NCBI GenBank assembly: GCA_951406725.2
Contig: OX597818.1
Location: 99,076,001 to 99,140,000, forward strand
DNA length: 64,000 bases
Reading direction: 5' to 3'
Origin: Octopus vulgaris
Lineage: Eukaryota
How positions within the stretch are numbered: position 1 is the first letter of the stretch; the number at the start of each line of letters is the position of its first letter. A program made the position numbers and the translations under genes. The notes under the pieces were generated by a model. That model did no database searches. It saw nothing but the letters and a program-made list of their open reading frames with translations, and was not told where the DNA came from. Below, piece after piece: positions 36,563-49,399 of this stretch.

Positions 36563-38138
36563 ATCTCTAGAAATCTTTTAAAAACTTTCTTAGGATTAAT
36601 GCATGATTCAGGATGCTATTTTCTGCCAGCCAATAATAGTCTATCAATTCCAATATCCTACAACCTCTTATGTTGCAATATGGGTGCTATGCTGAGTGTA
36701 CTAATCACTGCAGAGAAAAATTTTTTGCATTCCATAATCTCTTCATCTTTTTGGCTAGGTCCTGATATTTCTCAATGTTCTCTGTTCTTATTCTTATTCT
36801 TATTTAACATTTACTTTACAATGTCTATAGCCTTCAGGAAAACCTTCCAGCTCAATGACACAAAACATTTTCAAATTGGACATATTCATGCGACAAGAAT
36901 CCTTTTTCAGTTTAAGCCAAATCAAAAACTGGCAACATCTTGACATAAAACTAAGAAATATTTTCAATAATTCTAACTATAGACTGTAATCATCATAAAA
37001 TCAAAAAATTGCTATGCAGATTAAAGAAAATTAAACAACCAGAAAAGATTTTAGGAAAACACATGATATGAAAATATTAAAGGCTGAATGAAATCTCACC
37101 AGTAACTTCTTTTTCTCCGTTTTTTCCCTCATAACAAAAAGTAAACCCAATTTAAAGATTAGGAAATATGATAAAATAAATTATAATAGACATTTATATA
37201 TGTCCAGAGTTGAGCTAAGAAGGAATATGAAGAGAATGTGTATAAACACATTATATACAATTTTACTCCCTGGAGTGAAGCCATGACAGACATGTAATAA
37301 TCTATATACAGAAAATTTTGGAAGAGCTAGACCCTAATTTCAGCATTGAGTGTTATACATATGACTGAACTGAGCACCATTTTATTGTATCAAAGGTACT
37401 ATCCACCCAACCTAAAATCAGGAGCTGGTATTGCTTGGATTTTTTTTGTTCTTTGGCAAGATATTAAATAGTTGTAGGCCTTTGAAACCTAAGCTATTGT
37501 GAATATAATATATATGTAGAGAGAGAGAGAGATTCAGATGAAAATGGTACTAAAGTTGAGGCACCAGAACTTAGTATGGTATTATCCATACAATTTCAAA
37601 CCTTGTTGCTTATTTTGATTATATAAATGTATATATGGATAGATAGATAAGATACCAAAAAAGGTAATTAGATATACATCACATACACACATATATTTGT
37701 GTAAGTGTGGGGGGGGGGAGGGGCATCTAGATATACACATCTTTATAAGCATTTTAAAATTAATCTTATTCTATTTATAGGAGAAGCCCTAGATTTTCAT
37801 TTCCCACATACATGTTTGCTTTCTCATTGGCAATGCTTTTCTTATATAAATGCACACATATATTTTTTTTACCAAGCATTTGCAAAACAAATTTTTTTTC
37901 AAAGTGAAGTTCACTGGGGTTTATAAGTCAAAAAGAGAGCAGAGTAAGAAACATTGATGTGATCCTTGGTGAACCAGAAAGATCTTCTTGAACCAGCTGT
38001 GCAAATGCTGAAATAAATATGACTAATATAAGAACATTGTAAAAAGTAACAGTTCACAAAAGTCAACAACAAGAGGTTATCTTTGTTCGTTTTTTACCTG
38101 AGTGTACTTCGAAAATTGAAAAATTGATTTTACACAGG

Positions 38139-38228
38139 CACACACACGCATATATATATATATACATATCAATCTGTATATGAGCATGTATAAGTGATAT
38201 ATAGGTATGTATATACATATGTGTGTAC

Positions 38229-38261
<33 letters not shown>

Positions 38262-38425
38262 CAAATATAGATACACACACATATATTTATATATGATCAT
38301 GTATAATGTGTGTATGTTTATATATATAGACATACATTTTTCTTTATATGTATTATACATACATATATTTACTTGTACATGCATTTGTATATAAAAGTGT
38401 ACTGTGTGTGTGAGTGTGTGTGTGT

Positions 38426-38484
<59 letters not shown>

Positions 38485-38510
38485 CATACATATATGTATT
38501 TATATGTGGG
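38139..38510. repeat. Compound (TA)/(CA)/(TG) low-complexity tract
   Basis: Direct reading. Confidence 0.9.
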
Positions 38511-39012
38511 CAACTTTATTTATGTACATTTAAATAAATAATAAAATATTTGATAAAAAGATAAAATTAAATAAAAGTAAATTAAAGAAAAGCAGCAGCG
38601 AAAATCAATGTTATGCATATTAATGCAAGACAATTGCAGACAATAAAAAACATGCAAGTGACTCAGCAAAGGATGTGGGTTGTAATAGAAACACAGCTTA
38701 AAATGAAATATAATTGTGGTGGAGACAGTATATGGTTTGGGAGAGTCTTAGGAGAAGGTAGCTTTAGAGGATGTGGTTTAGGAAGGAAAGGTGAAAGAAT
38801 AAGGATTTAGTTAAAAACAATAAAATAAGGAAAAATGTAACTAAATGTAAACTGAAGTGGAAAGTTCTAGATTTGTATTCTTCCCTTTTTTTTTAATGTG
38901 TGGTGATTGTAAAATAGAAATATTGTCAAGCCTTTAAATATTTTTTTACATATAATTTATGCAATTTTACTGGATTCCTTCAGGTTTTTCTTTTTAATGT
39001 TTTAGGTTTGGG

Positions 39013-39013
39013 T

Positions 39014-39058
<45 letters not shown>

Positions 39059-39072
39059 TAGTGGTGGTGGTG
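39013..39072. repeat. (TAG)n/(TGG)n microsatellite
   Basis: Direct reading; source of the poly-Thr ORF. Confidence 0.9.
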
Positions 39073-40048
39073 ATTGTAGCAGTAGTAATAATACAAGAAA
39101 AATCATTGATTCTTAAGTTACTTTGTTTGGGTTTTGTCATGGATTTTTTTATGTAATTTGTTGCAACACATAACCAGTCAATGTATTTCAAGTCAGTTTA
39201 TGTAATTAGTCAGATTCAAAATGTATTGTAACCCTTACAAAAACCATAACATATTTATACACATGTTTAATGTGATCCTGCTAATTTATTTTCTATTAAA
39301 ATTTATATACCAAATAATTATATGCAGGTCTTTTTTGTGCAGTATATGCTCAACTTTATCCCAGTTAATTAACAACTCTAAGCCACTGTATGCCTGTAAT
39401 AGAGTTTACTCAGTTGCAAGCCTTTAACTTGGTCTTCAATCTAAAGATAACTTCCTGCTTTCCTCCCAAATGTCTTGGCAGCCTGAGAAAGATCATGAGT
39501 GCTGTCTTGCTGCCATAGACTAAGTTATATTACAAAAAAAAGTCATATATTTTGTTAATTTAAACATGAAAGAAGATGGACTTAGATTATTAGTTTAGAA
39601 AAACTATCATTGCCTATCACTGCTGTATTAATGCTCACAAAAGAAAACAATCAGCCAGTCACAATTGGCTTCTTATACTCTATATGGTGTTTGCTGATAT
39701 TACAAAATATACATGTAGTAAAATCTTGTCAAAAATAAATTCAATTATTATTGTTATCTCTTCATTTTACCTAAGCAAAAAGCAACATCATAGGATACCA
39801 AATTGAAAACCATAATAGTTGAAGGAGCAGAAAAGACGTGAAATCATTAGGACTATGACAACAATTTTCAAAAAGAAAATAGTGAGTCAATCTCACAATA
39901 CATATAAATTTGTAGGTGAACATAACACTTCCAAGGTGGCAAAAAATACAATAAAATAATGGGAATTATAGAAAACTGTTAAGTGTTTGGGTGAATGAAT
40001 TTTTAGATAGACACTCACCATTATCCAGTATACATATGTCTATGTGTA

Positions 40049-40100
<52 letters not shown>

Positions 40101-40102
<2 letters not shown>

Positions 40103-41089
40103 AGGGGAAGTTGAAAATTATCTGTACTTTTGCCAATATATCTTTGTTATTGTCACACTGTGCATGCTTATAGTTGGTACTATTGTAGTCACATGATTGA
40201 AATTTGACCCTGATTGTGCCATTTTTCTTTCTGGCTTTACAGTGTAAACATGGCTGCTCCACTAGCAATGTGCACCAAAGAAGAATAAAGAGCAGTGATC
40301 TGATTTCTATGGATGGAAGGTGTGTCAGGTGCTGAAAATCATCCACGATAAGCTCAGTTTCCATAAGGTCTGTGCAAGATGGGTGCCAAGAGAGCTTACT
40401 GCAGAATACAAGTGCAAATGTCTTGAACTCTGCCAAAGTTTATTTGATCGCTACAACAAAGGCGAGGAATTTTGAGTAAAATAGTCACAGAAGATGTAAC
40501 GTAGATCCATCATAATGAGGCAGAATCCAAATAATAAAGCATGGAGTGGAAACATCTCAGCTCACCAGCAACGAAGAAATTCAAGACTCAGTCTTCTGGA
40601 AGGAAGGTGATGCTAACCCATTTTTATGATTCAAAAGGGCCTTTACTGGAAGACTACATGGAAAAGAGGTATATGATCAACAGTGCAAGATACAGTGCTC
40701 AACTGGCCAACAAATTGAAGCCAGCAATTTGCACCGATGCCCATTGTTGAAGAAAGTTTTACTGTTGCATAACAATGCATGCCCACACACAGCTGCCCAG
40801 ACTGTTGAAACTGTTAACGAATTGTGCTAGAAGCTTCTGATAAATTTCAGCACCTGACATACCTTCCAACCAGAGAAATCGGATCACTGCTCTTTGTTCT
40901 TCTTTGCAAGTGGAGCAGCCAAGCTTACACTGTAAAGCCAGAAGGAAAAATGGTGTGATCAGGCTCAAACTTTGATCATGTGATCACAATAGTACAAACT
41001 ATTAGGCACACATGCACATATAGAAGGCAGTGTGACAAGAATAATGACATGTTATGACAAAAGTGCGGATAATTTTTGACTTCACCTTG
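40101..41089 (+). mobile_element. Decayed mariner (Tc1/mariner) transposon with two inverted 5' ends
   Basis: Termini caagg.gaagt..aaaattatc.g.acttttg at both ends, inside TA repeats. Transposase motifs WVPRELT, IVTEDVT*IHH (TGDETWVHH), MEWKH.SSP..KKFK...S.RKVMLT.F.D and LLHNNACPHTA (HDNARPH). 40820-41089 is an inverted copy of the 5' end. Confidence 0.88.
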
Positions 41090-41460
41090 TGTGTATATAT
41101 ATATATATATAGACGGACAGATAGATAGATAGAGATAAATAAATATACACACACACAAACCAATAATATGCTCTTCAGGACTGCATATATTTTCACCAGG
41201 CTCTGGCTGTTTTACAGCCATCTCAGGTTTTTTGGAGCCAAAGGACATAATACTTGATAAATCCCTTACTCACTTTGCACCCTAGGCCTTTGTTTTGTCT
41301 TTCAGTTTTTTTTTTATAACTTCCAATGACAAGGAACAGCCACCATGTTTTTTCCATACCAGCAATCTCTGAAGAACATGTGGTTTTAACAGCTAAAGGT
41401 TGATGAAAGGAAGGCATCTCAATGTAGAAAATGTGCCTCAACAAATTACCTTATATATCT

Positions 41461-41670
41461 AATCATCATCATTTAACATCCGTTTTCCATGCAAGCATGA
41501 GTTGGATGGTTGACAGGAGGTGGCCAGCCAAAAAGTTGTCTGGGTTCCAATTGTCTGTTTTGGTATGGTTTCCAACTGTCTGGATGCTTCTTACATGACA
41601 CCCTCACAGGTGTTTTTTTACATGGCACTAACACAGGGTCTTTTTATGTGCCCCCAAACAGCGCCATGTA
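41461..41670 (-). mobile_element. SINE/RTE-tail repeat ending in (ATG)n
   Basis: catcatcatttaacatccgttttccatgc...gttggatgg. Related fragments at ~20050-20086, ~21155-21203 (+) and ~48024-48160. Confidence 0.6.
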
Positions 41671-42149
41671 CACACACATAAATGTATATTATAGATATAC
41701 AGGGATAGATGCATATATATATATATATATATATACCTACATTTTATCAATCTGTCTATCCATTTAGTATAACCTATCAGAAAATGGAGTACTGAACACC
41801 ATGATAGACATTCATTTCTACCCTCAAGTTATATCAATGTATAACTATATAAATGTCATAACCTGACCTGATACCAGTTGCTTGCTTGTCTGAATGTTTA
41901 TCCTATTATACATGAACTAGCTTGATTATAGCCTTATAGCCAATTCTCTTTTAGGCAGCTATAACATCCCAGCAATTTTGTTGCAGTTCAAGCAAGAGTC
42001 TAGACCTGAAGTCAACTTGAGTGCTACCTCTATGTACCTATTATCTAATGCCACCAGACCATAAATCTATATGTGCGTGCACACACATACATGTATATCT
42101 ATATACAAATATAACTATATACAAATGCATACATTGGAATATACAAGTT

Positions 42150-42705
42150 CTAGTATATAGGAAAACAGACTAATCTCTTCAGGGAAATGGCCTTGCTCAA
42201 TATATAGAAAAGGATTTGGTAGAAACTCCATATGGTGTACCCAGTGCAAACTATGGACACATAAAAGGTGCAGCAGTATCACAAGAAAGTTAACAGAGAA
42301 AATAATACAAGTACAATAAACACTAAGAATGTATGAAAATAAACTTCCCCAAGTATCCTTTCTTAGTAGTAGTAGACAATTTCTGTTATCTAGGTGACCA
42401 AGTTAACAGCAGAGGAAGAAGCTCTGAAAGCTTAGTTGCTAGAATAAGAATAGGCTAGACAAATTTCAGAGAGTTGCTGCCTTTGTTGGTAAAAAAGGGC
42501 CTCTCCCTTAAAGTGAAAGGCAGATTGTATGATGTTTGTATATGAACAGTAATGCTAAATGGCAGTGAAACATGGGTTGTGACTACAGAGGACATGTCAA
42601 GGCTTGAAAGAAATGAAGCCAGCATGTGCATATACAGCTAGTGTAACTTAGTATTTGAGAGAAAACTGGGTATGAGAGGCATCAGATGAAGTGTACTAGA
42701 GATGT
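42150..42705 (+). mobile_element. RTE-clade LINE, post-RT fragment
   Basis: VVDNFCYLGDQV...ARIRIG*TNFRELLPLL..KGLSLKVKGRLYDVC..TVMLNGSETW....DMSRLERNEASM. Confidence 0.8.
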
Positions 42706-42709
42706 AAGT

Positions 42710-43370
42710 GACAGTAGTTAGAAAATAAAGATATAAAAGATACAAGAAGATGGGTATAAGAGAAAGCATAGAGTTGAGATGTAGATGTGTGAAAGAATAA
42801 ATTCCTAGGAGTATGTGAAGAAAGTCACAAGTATTTAAGGGTTGGAGCAGAGGTTAAAGTAGTGGACATGTGATCAATGGTAAACATTAATATGGCAAAT
42901 AAAGTAAAAGAAATAGCTCTGGAAGGAGAAGGTGATAAGTAGCAGTACAAGAAGAGTGGAGAGTAACAGTATTATAAACCTGATTAGCATGATAAGAAAA
43001 ATAAGATGATATGCAGGGTGGGTGAGTGGAGATATATAGAGATGTACAGAGACAGAGATGGGGTCAGGGATATGTAGTGGAGGTTATAGTAAGTGAAGTC
43101 AAAGATGGAGGACATCAAAAGCAAATATGAGAGAGTATTGAAAATGATAGCAAAAATGAGGGTGTGTTATAGATGAAGTAGGGTAGTCCTAAGAAGTGGG
43201 TGATATAGTTGGAGGCAAAGGAGTGAGCAGTGGAAAATAAAGTGGGAAAAGATGATATTGAAAATGAGGGATGGATATTAAAGGAAGAGAGAGAGGTAAC
43301 TAGTAGCACAAAGGGAATGGAATAAGCACAGATTCCACAGGCGTATAATTCCAGCAATTGAATAGTGCCT
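42710..43370 (-). mobile_element. Strand-biased decayed retroelement fragment (possibly a PLE endonuclease region)
   Basis: Strong purine bias on +; weak Cys/His-like remnants on -. Confidence 0.25.
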
Positions 43371-43989
43371 TAGTTAGAAGCCTGATGGTGGGATGGGTGT
43401 CAGGAAGAACATAAAGGAAGCTTGATGAGGAAAGATTGGGTGCAAAAGTAGGGTATAATGAGAGCATAGGCATAAACATAAGGCTTAGGACCCAGTAGTT
43501 GCCTTGATGGGTGAATTATCAAGCACAGTGAAATGCCAATCATCTTGGACATTAGTCATCTTCACAGAGAAGCCAAACATCTTGAGATCAGTCTTGACTA
43601 CTTCCCACTCCTACAAGTTTCATCAACTTAAAAAGAATTTGGCACTTTTTTATACAGCTGTCATCATCCATATCCTTCACAAGGTGAGTGCTCCATTTGT
43701 AAGCCCATAAAAACTTAATAAGTAGTTCATAAAATGTCTGCAAGTTGATATGTTCATTATTTCTGTGGGTTGGTTCATGGCAAGATATTTCTCAAACAAA
43801 CATAGACTGCTTCATTTTGATGTGGTTCTGTGAAAGATAGATCATATAATATCCATGCTTCTTTTGCTATATGAGCTCAAGAACAATGCATTTTCTTTGG
43901 GATATAGCAGTATATATATTTATATAACAAGTAGCATTCGCTCTGATAGTTCAGGAATACTATCATATCAGTATCATCAACAACTGCCA

Positions 43990-45265
43990 TAATGGCAGAG
44001 AAAATGATCCAAAAGTAAGTAGCTACAAAAGCATTATCTTGATAGAAAAATTATGAAAATAACAGAAAAAGTTATGGAAGAACTAATTAGGAAGAAAGTT
44101 AGATTAGATGAGGTGCAGTCTGTGCCAAGATGGACTGCAAATGATACCCATTTCCTAGTGAAAAAACTACAAGAGAAACTTGTAGTAAAAAGCAAGGCAA
44201 TATATTCTTATTCTTGCATTCATCAATTTGCAGAAGTTTGACAGGGTGCTGTATGTTGTACTCTGATGGTTGCTAACAAAACTACATGTAGATAGATGAT
44301 ATGTTAAAACCATGTAGATAAATGCCATCAAAAAGATGAGTAATGAGTTCTGCAAAGAATTTAGCATGCAGGTAGGTGTCCATCAGAGCTCAGTTCTCAC
44401 ACTCAACTATTTATTATAATTCTCCAAGCCATAACAGAGGAGTTCATAACTGGCTGTCCATGGGAATGTCAGTGTGCAATGAGCTCATTCTCAAATGCAA
44501 ATCTGTAGATTTACAAAAGAAATTCTAAAGATGAAAGCAAAGCTTAGAATTTTGGAGCTTGAAAGTAAACCTAGCAAAGATAAAAGTTTTAATTAGCAGA
44601 AAAGAAGGCAAGATATTGTAGCTATCTGGAATTGGCCATGCTCAATAGAGAGAAAAGTTGGAGATAAAAATGTTATAGTGTACCCAGGGTAAACAATGGA
44701 TGCACAAGAGGTTCAGTGGATCATAGGCAGGCTGAGCAAAAGGGAAAATGTCAGTAAGGGCACATTTGGCATAAATTCTTTCAAATGTACAGAATGTTCC
44801 TTTAAAGCTGTTAATAGTTTATTACTTATGTCATTTAATTAGAAGTGAGAAAGTATTTCAAAATCACAGTAGCCAGAGTAAGAACAACATAGGAAAATTT
44901 CGAGAAGCTACTACTGTTGTTGGCAACATGAGGATTCCTTTTCATAGAGAAGTGCAGATTCTATGATGCTTGTTTCCAAAATGTGAAATAACATGGTAGT
45001 GAAACATGGACACTGAATGAAGAGGGTGTTGGAAGACTAGAAATGAGGCAAGCATGCTTTGCTGGATATAACATGCATGAATGGAGAAGAACTGAAAATA
45101 AAAATGGATATCAGAGAACTAGGAAGTAGTGTGCAAGAGAGAACTGTGTTATTATGGATATGTGATTTCTACAAAGAATGACAGGTGGACAAAGTAGTAG
45201 CAAGCAATCCAGTTGGAAGAAACCTGTGAATGAGAAAGACTAAGGAAAACACAGAAAGAAGTGAA
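43990..45265 (+). mobile_element. RTE-clade LINE, decayed RT and 3' region
   Basis: MKITEKVMEELIRKKVRLDEVQ..., FLVKKLQEK, F.RV, VGVHQSSVL...LFIIILQAITEEFITGCPWE and HGSETW.L. Confidence 0.75.
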
Positions 45266-45399
45266 TAATATTTGTATACATGGGTAACAGCCTTTCTTTT
45301 ACGTACGCTTTAGAAACAAGACTGGTAATTTCCTTTCCAATCAAGAATTTTTTTTTCCTATTTTTCATATGAGTTTTGTAATCTGTTCAGAACAAGAAA

Positions 45400-46520
45400 G
45401 TCTGTAAATCCATCATCACTTCTGTAGCATAATAGTTTTCAAGATAAAGTGATTATGGCATAGATTACTGTCCTTTTAAAGTAGGCAAGATCAGTGTGAG
45501 TGGTGTATACATTATCATTGTAATTTGAATTTTTACAGTAAGAATTATAGGCCAGCAGTTAAATGTTTGCTGTTGTTTATAACTTGTAATCTGATGTGTG
45601 TGTGCAAATTAGCATTTTACAGTATTACTATTGTTTCTATCACTGTTTATTTTTGTGGATACTTCTACAGACCACAGACACATTGCCTACTTTGTGATCT
45701 AATTTTTCTTAGTGTTGTATAGCATAATGCACTGCATTTGTTCCTTATTGTAAGTGCACAGAGAGTATTAGAAAAGTGTCAAACTTGTATGGCTTATGCA
45801 TCATTTCTAGTTGTGAAGTTTACAATCTCATGTTTGCAACAGAATCAGTGTCACATTGGTTATTAGTAACAACTGTACTGTGAAGAGTTTTATTTCTACT
45901 GTTCTGGATATTGAATATTAGTACAATATTATCTTATATTCCTCAAGTGCTTTCAATGCAACCATTATGATGAGTATACCATCCACATACCTGATGTATA
46001 TTGTGTTTTTATGCTTGCATACCATAGTTTATTTTTATCATAGCCAAGTGCAATGCTGTCAATGCATTCTACTTGGATAACCCATAGCTACCCAAATTTT
46101 ATGCATAGATACTTTGATATCTGGACAGTGAAAGAGTATTCCTATTATACAGAACATTAACTATTTCAGCACCATATTAGCAGCTTTTGTGTACAGCTTT
46201 ATTCTTGTGTGCATACACTATTTAATATGGTTTCTTTTGTTTTTGCCACAGGAACATTGGCAAACAAACTTTTAATATCTATGTTGCAGTTGTTGCCCAT
46301 TTTGATGGTTTCAAGACAAGAGTTTTATGGCAAGGCTTCTTAAAAATATGATATAAAAAATGATCATTAAATTTTGCCACAAAGAAACATACACTGGCAG
46401 AGTATATGAAATCAATTAAATTTTCCAAATATCCTGGTACCTTCTGATTTACTCTACAATTTGGTGGCACATTTGCAGGCAATATGCAGTACATGTCTGT
46501 ATTACAAGACAATGGTTGAA
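45400..46520 (-). mobile_element. Old decayed Penelope-like RT
   Basis: Minus strand KFGVAMGYP (GxAMGSP) followed by NTIYIRYVDGIL (YxRYVDDI), with an upstream KVPGY...SAS..VAKF segment. Confidence 0.55.
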
Positions 46521-49399
46521 AAATGTATACTTCAAGATCTCAAAGAGGTTCTTGGATAACCATATGTTATACCTCTTCAATTTGTATTGTTTGATAATAC
46601 AATCTTTCTCCAATTTGTATTGTTTGATAATACTATCTAATTGTGTGGTAATACTGTGCATTGGTGTATTTATTCAAGATATTATAGAATAGAGGAGTTT
46701 TTGTTTGTTTGTTTGTTGTTTACATCTTTACTGTATAGATACATGCTGAGATGAATTCTTCATTACACGGGAAATAAGAAGTGCTAACCAAATTCCCTTC
46801 TTCAATGAGCTTTTAAATTTTCATCTAGTGAAGAAGCTTTAAGGGATATCTTAAGAATAAACAAACAAAAGTTAACAGATAACTGAATAAATCAGTAAAC
46901 CAAGCTATAGAACAGTACAAGTACAAATTCATTCTTAAAGAGACAAGAAGTATAAACTACATGAAACAAAAGCAATCTAATTGGAAAAAAAAGCTTTATG
47001 TCACTGAAAACTCAAAGCAAAACACAATATGAATCACATCTAACCACAAACTAATAGTCAGAATACAATAAAAACAATGAAATAGAAAAAAACTTCTCCA
47101 ATATGACACTAGAAACTTGCAAGCCACAGAATATTTCAGGCAAACTATGTAATATACAAATTTCATATAAACATGGAAATCGTAAAATTTCATGACTATA
47201 TATTTGATGCTTTCAACATAAATTACTACAGATTTTTTGAATAGGAGCCTATAAGCCTACAAAGCCTCACATTTAGAACTTTACTACATACAAACCTATA
47301 TGAACCATTATACTTCTTAGGAATACATATGAGGACAGAGGTAACAAACTCTCTCATACACCAAAAGGTAACATTGTGATGGTGATGAGGATGGCCATAA
47401 CAAACAAGCTGAAAGCAATATACACACACAAACTTATATTCATTTATTCTTTAATTTGTTACAGACATTGGACAATGACCTTGCTGGGACATTACCTTAT
47501 ATGTGTTTGTGCATGAATGTATACAGAGAGAGAAAGAAATAGTTAGGTACACACACATACAAGGAATAAACATACAAAATAGAATAGATGATGTTTTAGG
47601 AAACTAAAATAAGAACAAGGTGTACAGATACAAAATAGTGTAATAGATATTTCAGGAAACTGAATGTCATATCTTTCATACTAGACATTTCCTAAGCTAA
47701 TTCTGCTTCAGCTTTCATTAATTAGGACTGAAACAGATTTGATTTTAACTTTTTAACCCAGACATTTATGACACCATATATTAACCGGTGTTGTTCGCGT
47801 AAACCATTGGTTCATTTTGTTCTCTTACTTTATTATCATCTTATAATCATCTCATAATAATGACCTTTAAGACTCGTATTACTACCTCAGTCAATCTAAA
47901 TGTATATATTTATCACTACCTGTCATAAATAGCCTTTTTCTATTTGCAATATGCATTCTCGTTGATTTTTCATATTTTACCCATATATATGTGTATATAT
48001 ATATATATATACACCATCAAGATTATCATCATCAATTAATGTCTGTTTTCCATGCTGGTAAGAGTTGGATGGTTTAACAGAATCTGGAAAGCTGCAGGGC
48101 GGTAGTGAGCTCCAATGTCAGCTTTGGTGCAGTCAACATGGTTGGATGCCCATCCTGTAGATCAGTTGTTATGGTAATGGAGGGACCTTTATTGGTCAGG
48201 TTAAATAATCAGAGATCCTCTTTTAGAATCCAGGAAAGGCATATTACAACTTTAGCCAGCTATATATGGCAATTAAAAAATGACATAATGCTGTTATATA
48301 GCATCAACTGGAGATAGCTAGAATGTTCTAGGCCTTATCTTAATGGAAATAGAAATGAGCTCTACTTAACAGAGACAAGAATCAATCTAAAAAATTCACA
48401 CACTCTGGGTACTTTCCTGAATTTGAAAACTGTAATATATATATCCACACACACTCACACTTACTGATATATATACATACAGATATGTATGTGTGGATGG
48501 AAGTTTACTTTGGGGTTTATTTTAATTTTTTCCTTTGCAGAATTCAAGCTTGTCACTAACAAAGTGACAAATCACTTTTGTTTAAGCCAAGATAAGTCTT
48601 GTGGGTAGCGGTTACTTGAACTGACTGACACATGCATATACGTGTGCATGTCACAATAACACAAGTGCATTTTATTGTTGTTTATGCACGTACATCTATA
48701 TGTAATCCATATATATATGAGAATTTGTGCATATGGAGAATCCCTGAAGTGTTTTCAAAATTTTCACTGGAGAATGTGAATCAGTTGGCTCTGTCTTTTT
48801 GGGGAGAACCCATAAGTTTCTATGAACATCAGTTGTTAAATAGCCCAATGTACTTGAGAGCAAATGAAAATCTGTAACCTGATATAAGTGCCATAGGTTT
48901 TTCATCAGTTTTCCATAGATGTTCTCCCTTTTCCTCAATTTTTCAAGACATTGACATCCACTGGGAAGCTGATCTCACAACAATGCATGACTTTTGTTGT
49001 CCCATGAAACTATGTTTGTATGTATGCTTGAATGTATGTATAGGTTAAAAAAAATCACACAACACAAGCAACATCTGAGACAAAGAGGAGACAGTCAAAC
49101 AAAAAATAATACATAGAATCAGACACATGAAAGTACAAGCCTGGAAAGCATAGAGAAATATAGCTAAAGACAATAAAGAAGTGAACAATGAAACTCAATG
49201 CACTAAAGTATCAAAAGGGAATTTCTGTGATACTCTTTATCAAAGAAAAGGAAAAGTATTGAGAGGCAAGAGAAAGAGAAAAATGTGCAATATTGAATAT
49301 TAGATGTTGATTTAAATAGCAGACCTGAAGTAATCTGCAAGACTATGAACATGTTTCTCCTATACCACTGTATCTAAGATATCACAGATTTGTTAATAA

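Noticed and set aside
46579-46633. 2 x ~33-bp tandem repeat
   Set aside because: An ordinary slippage duplication within decayed repeat DNA.
46996-47193. VYYIVCLK as an N-terminal GIY-YIG upstream of the decayed PLE RT
   Set aside because: No YIG half-motif or downstream R/H/E/N residues; probably chance in AT-rich DNA.
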